DNA of 64,000 bases, taken from a virus. The notes beneath the pieces were generated by a model. The model had not been told where the DNA came from and did not search any database. It saw only the letters and a list, made by a program, of their open reading frames with translations. Numbering within the stretch: the stretch's first letter is position 1; each line of letters begins with the position of its first letter. The stretch lies in IMG/VR virus record IMGVR_UViG_3300004806_000016. One strand, given 5' to 3'. The translations under genes were made by a program, and so were the position numbers. Below, piece after piece: positions 25,987-35,731 of this stretch.

Positions 25987-26567
25987 TGTCAGCATTTGAA
26001 TGTTATAAAGAATATCTTGCTCTGAAGAACCACTTCACCAAGCCAAGTTATGATTACTTCAAATATGCAGGTAAAAGCAGAGTTTCTTTTGACTCTTTTG
26101 AGAAGAGAAAAGATAAACTATACTTTATGAAGGTCGCCAAACACACTGACCCAGTAAACTATATTTTGTCTAATCTCCTTGTGAACGAGAAAACTTGGAT
26201 AAAAGAAATTGCATATTCTTCAACAGCCGAACAGATCTATCAGGATTGGCTGAAGCGTAAAGAATCACTTACCTACAATTTTACAAACGAACTATCTAAA
26301 TTAGATGAGGATTTCAATTCTAATTTTAAGATAAAAGACAACAGTCACCCACTGTTGCTGAAACTTTATCTTCGTAATGAAGTTTCTCTTGAGACCCTGA
26401 TCATACTGGCAGATATGGTTCAGTGTATGGTATACTGGAATAAGAAGATGGAATATGATCCGTCTTGGGCAAGCATCTCAACTAAGATTATCAAGTATAG
26501 ACCATTCTTAAACTACGACAGAGAAAAGTTTAAGAAGATAGTACTTGACAAATTTAGCGATGTTTAG
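25983..26567 (+). CDS. 59: gp59 helicase loader
   Basis: YLALKNHFT...YDYFKY.GK, F.KRKDK..F, SLETL, KY.PFL. Confidence 0.9.
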   Translation: MMSAFECYKEYLALKNHFTKPSYDYFKYAGKSRVSFDSFEKRKDKLYFMKVAKHTDPVNYILSNLLVNEKTWIKEIAYSSTAEQIYQDWLKRKESLTYNFTNELSKLDEDFNSNFKIKDNSHPLLLKLYLRNEVSLETLIILADMVQCMVYWNKKMEYDPSWASISTKIIKYRPFLNYDREKFKKIVLDKFSDV

Positions 26568-26650
26568 TATACTAAATAAACTTGAGCGTTATACTGCTCA
26601 ATTAAACAATACTGTCAATACGATTAATACTAACAATACGGAGAATACAA
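26545..26650 (+). promoter_or_regulatory. gene 32 promoter(s) and translational operator
   Basis: TTGACA-17-TATACT overlapping TAAATA; TTGAGC/GCTCAA hairpin; five AATAC repeats before the ATG. Confidence 0.7.
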
Positions 26651-27586
26651 ATGGTAGATTTTTCACAACTTAAACGTAATTCTGGTAAGTCTTCACTCGA
26701 ACAACTTACCTCAGAGCTCTCTAAGCTCAGTGGCGGTCAGCAAGGCGATAAGAAGTCTGATGATCGTTTTTGGTATCCTAACGTAGATAAGGCTGGCAAT
26801 GGCTATGCTGTTATCCGTTTCCTTCCCGCTCCCCCAAATGAAGATGTGCCTTTTATCCGTATGTTTGAACACGGATTCAAGGGACCAACAGGTTCTTGGT
26901 ATATTGAGAACTCACTGACTACTATCGGCAAGACCGATCCTGTCAGCGAATATAACACTCAGCTCTGGAACTCTGGTCTTGAGTCTGATAAGAAGATTGC
27001 TCGCGATCAAAAGCGTAAGGTCAGCTTTATCAGTAATGTCTATGTTATTACTGACCAGCAAAATCCTGAGAACGAGGGTAAGGTATTCTTGTTCCGTTAT
27101 GGCAAGAAGATCTTTGATAAGCTCAATGATGCTATGAACCCAGCGTTTCCTGACGTTGAAGCATTTAACCCATTCGATTTGTGGGCTGGTGCTAACTTCA
27201 AGCTGAAGATCCGTAACGTTGATGGTTACCGTAACTATGACCGTTCAGAGTTCTCAACTACAGCGCCTCTTGGTGATGACGAGATGATGGAAGCAATCTG
27301 GAAGAAAGAACATTCTCTTCAGGGATTCCTTGCTCCTTCTAACTTCAAGTCTTATGATGAATTGAAGGCGAAGCTGAACCGTGTCCTTGGTCTCGATGGC
27401 TCTCCAGCATCCGCTCGCGCGAGTGCAGCTGAGACTTATCTTTCAGCGGAGGATGATGCCCCTTGGAAACAAGAGGCTGCAGCGCCTGCTATTAAGTCTG
27501 CACCTGCGGCAGCTCCTAAGTTCTCAGACGATGATGACGATGATGATGGTCTGGAGTTCTTTAATAAACTAGCCAACAAAGGCTAA
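26651..27586 (+). CDS. 32: gp32 single-stranded DNA-binding protein
   Basis: DDRFW....DKAGNGYAVIRFLP, WYIENSLTT, YGKKIFDK, NYD.SEF, acidic tail. Confidence 0.97.
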   Translation: MVDFSQLKRNSGKSSLEQLTSELSKLSGGQQGDKKSDDRFWYPNVDKAGNGYAVIRFLPAPPNEDVPFIRMFEHGFKGPTGSWYIENSLTTIGKTDPVSEYNTQLWNSGLESDKKIARDQKRKVSFISNVYVITDQQNPENEGKVFLFRYGKKIFDKLNDAMNPAFPDVEAFNPFDLWAGANFKLKIRNVDGYRNYDRSEFSTTAPLGDDEMMEAIWKKEHSLQGFLAPSNFKSYDELKAKLNRVLGLDGSPASARASAAETYLSAEDDAPWKQEAAAPAIKSAPAAAPKFSDDDDDDDGLEFFNKLANKG

Positions 27587-27592
27587 AGAATT

Positions 27593-27618
27593 GGGGAGCA
27601 TTTAGCTCCCCTTTTTTT
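27593..27618 (+). terminator. Rho-independent terminator between convergent genes
   Basis: GGGGAGC-loop-GCTCCCC followed by a T run. Confidence 0.85.
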
Positions 27619-30613
27619 ATGCTGCCATTCCGAACAGATCTTTGAGACGTTTCGCTGCATCAGCAGGTTCAACCATACCAACATTATCTTTATCAAATCT
27701 AGCATTACCTTCTTTACCAGATGCCGGAGCCTGACCACCACTGTTAGATGGAGCTTCAGCAGCAATATTTTTATCAGCCGATCTCTGACTTGCTATGTCG
27801 TTAGAAGATGCTTTGGCTAAATCGGCACCAGTAGACGGAGCTGCAGGAGTCGGAGTACCACCACCGCCACCACTGGCCGCTTCGCTTCTCATTCCGCTGC
27901 CACCACCCTTGGCTGGTTTTGCACCACTACCACTATCTTCCTTCTTGGCTTGTGGTGGAGTAGCTGTATCTGGACCTCCTGAGCCGACTGGGTCTTTACT
28001 CTTATCTTCTTTCTTTCCGCCCTGATCACCACCGCCACCACCACTGGCTGCAGTACCCTCAACTTCACCAGCAGCTATGGATCCATTTCTTGGGATATCA
28101 AATGTTCCCTGTTCGCCTTTCGCAGCAGAAAAATGCATAGGATCTTTGACGGATTTCCAATTCATACCCCAACCAAGACCCCACTTAGCAGCAAGCGCAC
28201 CAGTCTCTGCTGGTAGATCTGTCTTTGTTGACTTGTTTGGATTTGATCCAGGATTGATATCGATAGCAGCACCAGATGCGTGGTAACTCTTTACGCTTGG
28301 GTTGTTTACGTTTGCACGATCAGCATAACCACCTATGCTACTAATCTTATAACCCGTGGCCTCAAGATCACTAATGAATCCTTGGAAGTTCTTAGCATAA
28401 GCACCAGCAACCTGTACCGACTTGCCGCTAGCAGTTTTTACGTTTACAAGATTTGGTTTTGATACAGGACCACCAACACCCTTACTTGCTCCACCTATTG
28501 CTGCAGGACCACCAGCAGCACCACCAGATCCTTGACCGCCACCAGCTCCAGATGGCATCGATACTGAAGGGCTACCAGAAGGGCCAGCACCAGTAGCAGC
28601 AGTAGCAGATTTTGCTACTGATTCTTTAACTGCATCAGCTCTCTGCATAACAACTGCAGCGCCAGAACCACCACCTCCGCCAGAAGGTTTGCCAGCTCCT
28701 ACAGGACTGGGTGGGCCCATCTCTTGTGCTTTTGATACATCTGCACTCTTGGCTGCTCCAGCAGCAGGAGCTTGTGTAGTTGGTGTTGAAGTGAATATGA
28801 TCTTATCTGCTTTAAGGATAATTGTATCAGCTTCAAATGTTAGTTCTTTTTGTCTCTTTTGTTTTTCAGCATCAGCGTCATCTTCTTGTTTTCTTTCAAC
28901 AGCAGCCTGACGTTCTGCCATGATAGCAGAAGAAATATCGGGCATATTATCGTTGGAAGAAACAATTTGTGGTGTGTTTTGTTTTGTGGCAACAATTGGT
29001 GCTTCAGATTTTACTGGTCCTGCAGCTTCTGGTTCTGGTTTAATGTCGCCTTTGTCTTCAAGATTATTTCTACCAGCCTGTTGTTGATCTTCTGGTAATT
29101 CTTTATCTTCTTCATCTTTTTGCGATGAGAATTCTTTCCACCAATTATATACTTCATATGCTAGCGCCAAAGAACCTAAAACATTTATAGCAGTCCACAC
29201 CCATCCTGGGCCTGGTAATGCTAGACCAGCGAGAGCACTACCTGCTCTGACCATAAATCTTCTAAACACAGATGGTGCAGTCTTTTCTAAGAATGTTAAG
29301 AATTTAGACCATTTGCTTACGCCTTGTGTCGCTGCATTACTTGCAGCTCCAGCAACTTTGGTTGCTACAGCACCAGCACCTTCGGCGACAGCTCCCGCAG
29401 CTTTTGTTGCTATTGAGCCAGCTCCTTCTACTACTGCACCTGCAGCTTTAGAAGCGCCACTTAATACTCCTTTACCAGCGCTCATTAGACCGCTACCAGC
29501 AGAGCCTGCGATATCCATAGCGCCACCAGCAAGTTTACTTAATAATCCTGGACCTTCTTCTTTCTTGGCTTGTGGCTGCTGTTGTGGTTTTGTTGATGTA
29601 AGATGATCAGCTATATCTTTTAGATACCCATTTGCTGTATCTATCTTATCACCATTACGGCTTATCGCCTCTTCTATTTTTTCCATAGAAAGGCTCTGGC
29701 TTACGCCACTCTTAGAAACAGCCTCTCCGTCTTGTTTTTCGGATGAACGAATCTTTTCGCCGTTCTGTCCAAGACCTAATTTCTCAGCTTCTTTTCTAGA
29801 GATAAATTGACCGCCACCAACACCCTTGTGCGTATCGGCCCACATACCAGCTTTTTCTCTGAACTCATATCTCTCTCTTTCAGGGACGATTGGTTCGGTA
29901 ACAGCTGGTTTTGCATCAGGTTTTTTATCTTGGTTAGATTTTAACATATCTCTGAGCAGCTGATTCGTCATCATCTGCTGTTCGACTATCGCCTTAGAAA
30001 AAGACTCAGTCGATTCAGACATACCACCGCCTGATTTGTTTTCGGCTTTTGGTTTATTTTCTTCTCTTTTTTGAACTAATCCTTTTAGGCCAGGAAATGC
30101 TTTTACGAATAGATCATCACCAATATCTTTGACTGCACCACCAATAGATTTAGTTATAGATTTTGTTAGTTCTTTTAATTCTCTAACGACTTCAGGTTCT
30201 TCTGTACCAAAACCATCTCTCTTTTTTACATCCTGTTTAGACGCAACTTTTAGTTCTTTTACTAGACCCTTTACTTCTTCAAAGAATGGGCGAGTCGGAC
30301 CATAGCTTACACCATAGTCAGCATTCTGTTTCATTTCTTTGGTTTCAGTTTTTGATGTAGTTGTCTGTTTTTGTAACTTGACCTGCTCTTTTGTAAGGCT
30401 GATCAGTTCTTTTAGAGCATCATTAGTCTTTTTTTGCTCTTTCTTGAGCTCAGAAACTTCTTTTGTGGTCTTTACAGATTCTTTAGCAACTTCTTTCGCG
30501 GAATCTTTATTCTGTTTAGATATGTCAAGCTGTTCCTGCGCAGTTCTTGCTATATCAGGATTATTAGTCTGCTGTAAGAGTCTCTTTAGATCGTCGTCTG
30601 TAAAATTAGCCAT
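27617..30613 (-). CDS. Tape-measure/hub-like protein (gp29-like) with M15 peptidoglycan peptidase domain
   Basis: Long helical, Gly/Ala-rich, with a hydrophobic segment; M15 motifs SYHASGAAIDIN and WG..W...DPMHF; downstream of gp26/51. Confidence 0.65.
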   Translation of the reverse strand: MANFTDDDLKRLLQQTNNPDIARTAQEQLDISKQNKDSAKEVAKESVKTTKEVSELKKEQKKTNDALKELISLTKEQVKLQKQTTTSKTETKEMKQNADYGVSYGPTRPFFEEVKGLVKELKVASKQDVKKRDGFGTEEPEVVRELKELTKSITKSIGGAVKDIGDDLFVKAFPGLKGLVQKREENKPKAENKSGGGMSESTESFSKAIVEQQMMTNQLLRDMLKSNQDKKPDAKPAVTEPIVPERERYEFREKAGMWADTHKGVGGGQFISRKEAEKLGLGQNGEKIRSSEKQDGEAVSKSGVSQSLSMEKIEEAISRNGDKIDTANGYLKDIADHLTSTKPQQQPQAKKEEGPGLLSKLAGGAMDIAGSAGSGLMSAGKGVLSGASKAAGAVVEGAGSIATKAAGAVAEGAGAVATKVAGAASNAATQGVSKWSKFLTFLEKTAPSVFRRFMVRAGSALAGLALPGPGWVWTAINVLGSLALAYEVYNWWKEFSSQKDEEDKELPEDQQQAGRNNLEDKGDIKPEPEAAGPVKSEAPIVATKQNTPQIVSSNDNMPDISSAIMAERQAAVERKQEDDADAEKQKRQKELTFEADTIILKADKIIFTSTPTTQAPAAGAAKSADVSKAQEMGPPSPVGAGKPSGGGGGSGAAVVMQRADAVKESVAKSATAATGAGPSGSPSVSMPSGAGGGQGSGGAAGGPAAIGGASKGVGGPVSKPNLVNVKTASGKSVQVAGAYAKNFQGFISDLEATGYKISSIGGYADRANVNNPSVKSYHASGAAIDINPGSNPNKSTKTDLPAETGALAAKWGLGWGMNWKSVKDPMHFSAAKGEQGTFDIPRNGSIAAGEVEGTAASGGGGGDQGGKKEDKSKDPVGSGGPDTATPPQAKKEDSGSGAKPAKGGGSGMRSEAASGGGGGTPTPAAPSTGADLAKASSNDIASQRSADKNIAAEAPSNSGGQAPASGKEGNARFDKDNVGMVEPADAAKRLKDLFGMAA

Positions 30614-31104
30614 TAGTTACCTATCTTTGCCAACTTTTCTTGTCCACGAGTATAAGCAGCAACACCAAGGATAGCACCGAAAGCGATATGAATCATACCA
30701 CCATTAGACAGAGATAGACTCTGCCATGCGGTATAACCTACCTGGACGCCTGATCCTTTGTAGAGAATAGGTAGGAACATAGATATGACTGGGAATCCGA
30801 TAAAGTCCATAAAACAGATACCCATATAGAGCCAACCCATTGCTGGACGCCAGTATGCCTTTACCCAGTGTTCTTCTTGTTTATCTAGCTGACTGTCTAC
30901 TATCTTTTCATCAATAGCGGTCTGAGCCAAGCCAACAGAAGCTGTTGCTTGGGCTTGTGCTGTTTGCTGTTGCATTTGCACAGTTTGCTGAGCCATCGTT
31001 GAAGATGCTTGATTATTGTTATTGTTCACATCAATCACAGTAACAGCAGGAGCAGGAGCTGCCACTGGCGCATCATCATCAGCTGGTTTCGCAAATTTAG
31101 CCAT
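30613..31104 (-). CDS. Holin-like membrane protein (3TM gene-transfer holin family)
   Basis: WRPAMGWLY...DF, H.AFGAILGV.A..RG.EK. Confidence 0.7.
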   Translation of the reverse strand: MAKFAKPADDDAPVAAPAPAVTVIDVNNNNNQASSTMAQQTVQMQQQTAQAQATASVGLAQTAIDEKIVDSQLDKQEEHWVKAYWRPAMGWLYMGICFMDFIGFPVISMFLPILYKGSGVQVGYTAWQSLSLSNGGMIHIAFGAILGVAAYTRGQEKLAKIGN

Positions 31105-31276
31105 TTCTTTGTTTCTCTTCCATTTCCGCTAGGTGATTCATTATCATCTGAACATAAATATCTCTCTCAAAAGGTATCAGATTTTCTAATTCTGTTATTG
31201 AATATTTATGATGCTGGATCATAGAAAACATTGTCAAATAGTAATTTTCTAATGAAGTATGATTCAGCGCAAGGTA
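31097..31276 (-). CDS. 51: gp51-like hub assembly protein frame (not in ORF track), probably reached by -1 frameshift from gp26
   Basis: YLALNHTSLENYYLTMFSMIQHHKYSITELENLIPFERDIYV..; first ATG only at 31231. Confidence 0.8.
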   Translation of the reverse strand, partial: YLALNHTSLENYYLTMFSMIQHHKYSITELENLIPFERDIYVQMIMNHLAEMEEKQRNG

Positions 31277-31971
31277 AAAAAATCAGATAAGGTTTTCATC
31301 TCAATCTGTCGATCGTTACCATTGCTGTTCTTGTAGTTGATCGCATAATAAAGAGTAGGTTGATTTGCCATGAAAGAACGAACTTTTTCAAAGGTCTTAA
31401 CATCCAAATTCTCAAGGAATTCTTCAATTTCTTTTACGTCATAACTTGATGCTGGATATACGTTATTCTCGTCATAAAACTTATCTATACAGCGAATTAC
31501 AAGCTGGAAAAATGTCTCATTTCCTGATTCAAAAAACTTCTTATCGCTAAAGATAGAAGCCTCAGGAAACTTCATAACGAATCCGCTATCATCAGATAAT
31601 TTGATTGTGCTTTCAATCTTTTCTGGAAATTTTACATCTATCGTATTCAGATCTACTTCAAAGTCATAGAGCTGATTATCTTCATAATCTCTGTATGATA
31701 CTTCAACGATGTTGTTTACAGATTGTGCGCGTATGCGTATGAATAGATATTCAAGGTCAAAAATAGCAAGTTTATCAACATCAATCTCATCAATTGCGCA
31801 GTTGTTAACGATCTGTTTAACGGCCATCATTACATCAGTCTCGTCATCAGATTCTCTAGCCATCAATAGAATCTTTTCTTCTTTTACAAGAAAAGGTCTA
31901 AATCTAACTTCTTTTTTTGTTGATGGTACTGTTAGTTTAAAAACAGGATGATTAATCTTAGGTAGTGGCAT
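31264..31971 (-). CDS. 26: gp26 baseplate hub assembly protein
   Basis: MPLPKI, RPFLVKEEKILL, FDLEYLF..IRA.SV, ends L.DFF. Confidence 0.9.
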   Translation of the reverse strand: MPLPKINHPVFKLTVPSTKKEVRFRPFLVKEEKILLMARESDDETDVMMAVKQIVNNCAIDEIDVDKLAIFDLEYLFIRIRAQSVNNIVEVSYRDYEDNQLYDFEVDLNTIDVKFPEKIESTIKLSDDSGFVMKFPEASIFSDKKFFESGNETFFQLVIRCIDKFYDENNVYPASSYDVKEIEEFLENLDVKTFEKVRSFMANQPTLYYAINYKNSNGNDRQIEMKTLSDFFTLR

Positions 31972-31986
31972 AATATAACTCCATTA

Positions 31987-32745
31987 TTAAAGAGGTGAAT
32001 TAAAATCAGTTTTTATTACGTTATTGTTTTTCGGTGTTGAGATAGAAGACCCAGGAATTAGATTCGTTAGAACTTTTAAAGGATTTGTAGCATTTGATGT
32101 ATCTGAACCCTGTTGGACGTCTGGAGCTTTTGATTCTACAGCAATCATCTGCCAATCTCTGAACGAGAACGATACAGTTACTTTCATTAATTCGTTGTTT
32201 TGGTTCCAGCTAAGAGGTACTTCGTTTAATGATTCTGGAAAAGCTCTTAGCATAACAATTTCTTTTATCTGATTTCCGGTATTATCAAAAACATACACAT
32301 GAATATCGGTCGTATAGTTATCTTTGTATTCAGTCTGATATGAAGCATTACGACTAATGATTGGTCGACCAGCTACGATCGCTCCACTAGCTCCAGCAAA
32401 CTCAAATATGCTGTTAATCCATGTGTAAAAATATTTGTAAATCGCACCTCTTCTATCAGCGATAAAACTTATGCTGTTTGACGTAAACGAGGCGTTATAT
32501 GGCATTTTTTGGACTGGGCCAATACCATATCTGTTAACATCGCCCATCAACAGTGCGATTCCTGGAATTTTTATAGAATCAGCTCTTACTTGAATCATTT
32601 TCTCTATATCAGCGACTGGTTTCCCGTCTATGCTATAGTTTTGAAGGATGTTAGGAGTCGTAAAACCAACAAGATATTTGTTAGTCTGTAAATAACCTGA
32701 TTTACCTATTTCTGAAGAGAATGATGCGATATTAAAACCAGCCAT
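31987..32745 (-). CDS. 54: gp54-like tail tube initiator
   Basis: Tube-fold motifs IPG....,G...K.PY, AFP.S...V.LSW, V.V.FSFR.W. Confidence 0.7.
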   Translation of the reverse strand: MAGFNIASFSSEIGKSGYLQTNKYLVGFTTPNILQNYSIDGKPVADIEKMIQVRADSIKIPGIALLMGDVNRYGIGPVQKMPYNASFTSNSISFIADRRGAIYKYFYTWINSIFEFAGASGAIVAGRPIISRNASYQTEYKDNYTTDIHVYVFDNTGNQIKEIVMLRAFPESLNEVPLSWNQNNELMKVTVSFSFRDWQMIAVESKAPDVQQGSDTSNATNPLKVLTNLIPGSSISTPKNNNVIKTDFNSPL

Positions 32746-32747
32746 TA

Positions 32748-33344
32748 TTATAGTTTCCTTACTGAGTCGCTAAACACAGTCTCTTTTCTGGCTTTCTTAA
32801 ATCTTTCGGTCGGAAGCATTAGAGCTGTATCCCAATATTTAGGCTCAACATTTAAAAATTGACCCTGAACATGGCTCCAGAGATATCTCTTAAAGCAAGG
32901 AGCAAAATAACTAGTCGCAGGTAGTCTTTTTAGCGTCTGATATGATATTTTTAGCTTCGTATTTTCGTCATACTTGTCGTCACTGGCTATCCCATAGAGA
33001 GCATCCATCAGTTTTGCTCTATAATATCTAGGAAGATAGTGTAAATTTATCCCTGTGAACCCGTTTGGGGCAAAATCGACTACAAATATGAGAGGAAAAG
33101 TGTCATAATAAGGCAAGACGTCTTTCATTTTTGGATCATAGAAAAACATAAACATCTGACCGATATTTTTGATAGTAAGCGATGGTAAAACGTTCTTTTT
33201 ATCGTTCATTAGCTTCGGAGCAGACACGGAACCAACGCTTTGGGCTGCTTCTCTAAACCATTCGCGAGCTGTGCTAGTCTGATTCGGTGTGATGTTGGCT
33301 TTATCACCCTTTTTAGCTATAGTCTGAAATATATACGCTGTCAA
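32748..33344 (-). CDS. 2: gp2 DNA end protector
   Basis: G.M.MF.YDPK.K..LPYYD.FPL, GINLHYL, LPTERF.KA; TTG start at 33344 with AGGA. Confidence 0.9.
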   Translation of the reverse strand: MTAYIFQTIAKKGDKANITPNQTSTAREWFREAAQSVGSVSAPKLMNDKKNVLPSLTIKNIGQMFMFFYDPKMKDVLPYYDTFPLIFVVDFAPNGFTGINLHYLPRYYRAKLMDALYGIASDDKYDENTKLKISYQTLKRLPATSYFAPCFKRYLWSHVQGQFLNVEPKYWDTALMLPTERFKKARKETVFSDSVRKL

Positions 33345-33781
33345 AAGTTTATTCCTAACTCTTTTTCCGTAAAAATAACGAATTTCCAATTACGATCTTT
33401 ACAGAAAGACTCGGCGGCGGCCCACTTAGCACTATTTATTCCATATGTGAAAACTTCATTGATGTATCTTCTATTTGGCTTGTTTTCGGGCTTTGGCGCG
33501 ACGGTCTGCGCAGCTGGTTTTACTTCTATTACCATCGTCTCAAATGTTCCGTCTGGTTTTTTCTTTTTTACCCAAAAATCAGGAAAATAACGATGCATTC
33601 TCCCGTCTACAGGCGAGCGATACGGTATACAAAACTCTTCGGAAGACCACTGCACTATCTCTGGATGATCATCAAGATTAGACATCAATTTTAACTCCCA
33701 TCGAGAGCGATAAATAATATTGGTGGGATTTCCCTTATATTTTGCTGGGTTCTTTGGTTTAAAGTATCCTTTGTAAGCCAT
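33341..33781 (-). CDS. 4: gp4 head completion nuclease
   Basis: YKG.F.PKNP.KY.G, YRSRWE, WSSEE, RYFPDF, EVKP, N.AKW.AA, TEKEL. Confidence 0.92.
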   Translation of the reverse strand: MAYKGYFKPKNPAKYKGNPTNIIYRSRWELKLMSNLDDHPEIVQWSSEEFCIPYRSPVDGRMHRYFPDFWVKKKKPDGTFETMVIEVKPAAQTVAPKPENKPNRRYINEVFTYGINSAKWAAAESFCKDRNWKFVIFTEKELGINF

Positions 33782-33794
33782 TTCTAACCTTAGC

Positions 33795-33820
33795 AATAAA
33801 TAATAAAAAGAATATTTATA
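33795..33820. promoter_or_regulatory. Divergent late promoters
   Basis: AATAAATA (+, 33795-33802) and TATAAATA (-, 33813-33820) between gp4 and gp48. Confidence 0.75.
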
Positions 33821-33830
33821 GGAAACATAT

Positions 33831-34805
33831 ATGTCTAACGTAACAGGAACAGTGGGTTCTTTAACTTCTAGATTCGTTAGTGGAGCAAAGGCAGTCGCTG
33901 CTGTAGTCCCAACAGCTATCGGACTCGCGGCTGGTGCTTCTGGGGCTGCAGCAATAGCAAGTGCATTTAAAGTTTCTCCTCAGAAAATACAATCAGATAA
34001 ACAATTTAATGGTGTAGATCTTACTTTCCCTAACGATCTTATAGACGACAGTGCATCTAGAAATTACTATATGACGCTTAGATTTGTCCAATATCAGAGA
34101 AGATCAATCTTTGATCCGCCATTTACTAAAGAACAGGGAGGGATTCGTCTTCCTATCCCAACAAATCTTGTTGATAGTTATAGCATAAATTATTCTGAAG
34201 AATCTGCAGAAAATCCAGCTGTTGGTGCTGGTATTGAGGGATTCTTAAAGGGCGGAAATAGCGTAAAGAGCGGTGGATTGCAGAATGCTATCGGTAAAAT
34301 TGCGCAGGCTGGAACTGCTGCTATTGAAGCCGCTGGTGTTAATGCTCTTACTAAAGCAGGCGATGAGGCTTTGGGAAAAGGTGCTTCAGCACAAGTATTA
34401 CAGCTTGGTGGTCTTGCTCAAAACCCATTCTTAACTGTTATGTTTAAGTCGCCAACATTCAAGAGACATCAATTCTCTTGGAAACTTACTCCTAATAACG
34501 AACAAGAATCTAATACTCTTAATAACATTATAAATGCATTAAGATATAACATTCTTCCTGGATTGGCCGGAGAAGGCGGAGCGCTTTTAGGTTATCCGAA
34601 CATGTGTATGATTAACTTATCACCAAATGAAGAATTCCTTTACAAATTTAAGCCATGCGTTGCGACTGAAATGTCTGTCAACTTTGGTTCAGCTGGCACT
34701 CCTGCGTTTTTTAAATCGGCCAAGCCAGTAGAAGTTACAATCTCAATAAGTTTCCTTGAGACCGAATACTGGCTCAGAGAAAATATTGGCTCAGCATCAT
34801 TATAA
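33831..34805 (+). CDS. 48: gp48 baseplate tail-tube cap
   Basis: I.LP.P.NL.D.Y...Y, NP....F..P..R.HQF.W...P....ES, FKPC, F.E.E. Confidence 0.8.
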   Translation: MSNVTGTVGSLTSRFVSGAKAVAAVVPTAIGLAAGASGAAAIASAFKVSPQKIQSDKQFNGVDLTFPNDLIDDSASRNYYMTLRFVQYQRRSIFDPPFTKEQGGIRLPIPTNLVDSYSINYSEESAENPAVGAGIEGFLKGGNSVKSGGLQNAIGKIAQAGTAAIEAAGVNALTKAGDEALGKGASAQVLQLGGLAQNPFLTVMFKSPTFKRHQFSWKLTPNNEQESNTLNNIINALRYNILPGLAGEGGALLGYPNMCMINLSPNEEFLYKFKPCVATEMSVNFGSAGTPAFFKSAKPVEVTISISFLETEYWLRENIGSASL

Positions 34806-34816
34806 TGAGTAATTAA

Positions 34817-35731
34817 ATGCCAAATAGATATTTCGAGAATTTTCCAACAATTGCTTATGCTAATAATTACGCTGTTAATATAACAGAGCGTGTTGGTATC
34901 TTAAATTCTGTTTTACAGAATCCTTATGTTTATCTTCCACTAGTTAATGTTGAGAACGAAAGACCAGATAGCATAGCAGATAGATATTATGAAGATCAAT
35001 ATCTTAGCTGGATGATTTATCTAGCAAATAAGACGATTGACCCATATTATAGCTGGTGTCTAGATGAAGAACAATTTAACGACTCTATAACAAAAAAATA
35101 TAATGTAGATGTCTATACATTACAACAAAAAGTAGCATTCTATAGAAATAACTGGTATGAAAATACTGGTACGATTTCTGTTGCTGATTTCGAGGCTCTA
35201 ACATTAGATCTACAGAAATATTGGGAGCCAGTATATAACAGTAGCTATACTCCTATCGGCTACAGCAGAAAACAGAATGATTGGGTAACAAACACTAACG
35301 AAGTATTCACTTATTATGTTGATGGTTCTGGTTTTGTTAAAAATGAGATAGTTGACATTGTTTTTAATAACACAACAACAGGCAGAGGGCAGGTAGTATT
35401 AGGAAATACCAGTGTATTAACATTACAACACATGTATGGTACGGTCAATGTTAGCAATACTGTTTCTATAACAGCTTCTAGTTATCTGTATGGTAGAGAG
35501 AGTACGTCAAACGTAAACTTTACAGCAAATACCACTGGTGGATATTCGAATAACATATTACTAGTTTCTGTTAATCTACCACCAACAGAAAACACATATT
35601 GGAGTCCAGTAACAATATATGACTATGAGAGAGAATCTAACGAAAATAATAAGGTAGTAAACATCTTAAATAAATCTTACATTCAACAAACTGCAACTGA
35701 AATAAAGAAACTCTTAGCATCAAATGGCTGA
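34817..35731 (+). CDS. 53: gp53 baseplate wedge subunit
   Basis: YF.NFP.I.Y, ERPD.IA..YY, W.I.L.N..IDPY..W, YDYE.E.NE. Confidence 0.88.
   Translation: MPNRYFENFPTIAYANNYAVNITERVGILNSVLQNPYVYLPLVNVENERPDSIADRYYEDQYLSWMIYLANKTIDPYYSWCLDEEQFNDSITKKYNVDVYTLQQKVAFYRNNWYENTGTISVADFEALTLDLQKYWEPVYNSSYTPIGYSRKQNDWVTNTNEVFTYYVDGSGFVKNEIVDIVFNNTTTGRGQVVLGNTSVLTLQHMYGTVNVSNTVSITASSYLYGRESTSNVNFTANTTGGYSNNILLVSVNLPPTENTYWSPVTIYDYERESNENNKVVNILNKSYIQQTATEIKKLLASNG

Noticed and set aside
27795-30674. Plus-strand ORFs inside the tape-measure-like gene, and the other short antisense ORFs in the track
   Set aside because: Antisense shadows of low-complexity or well-supported genes, lacking RBS or motifs
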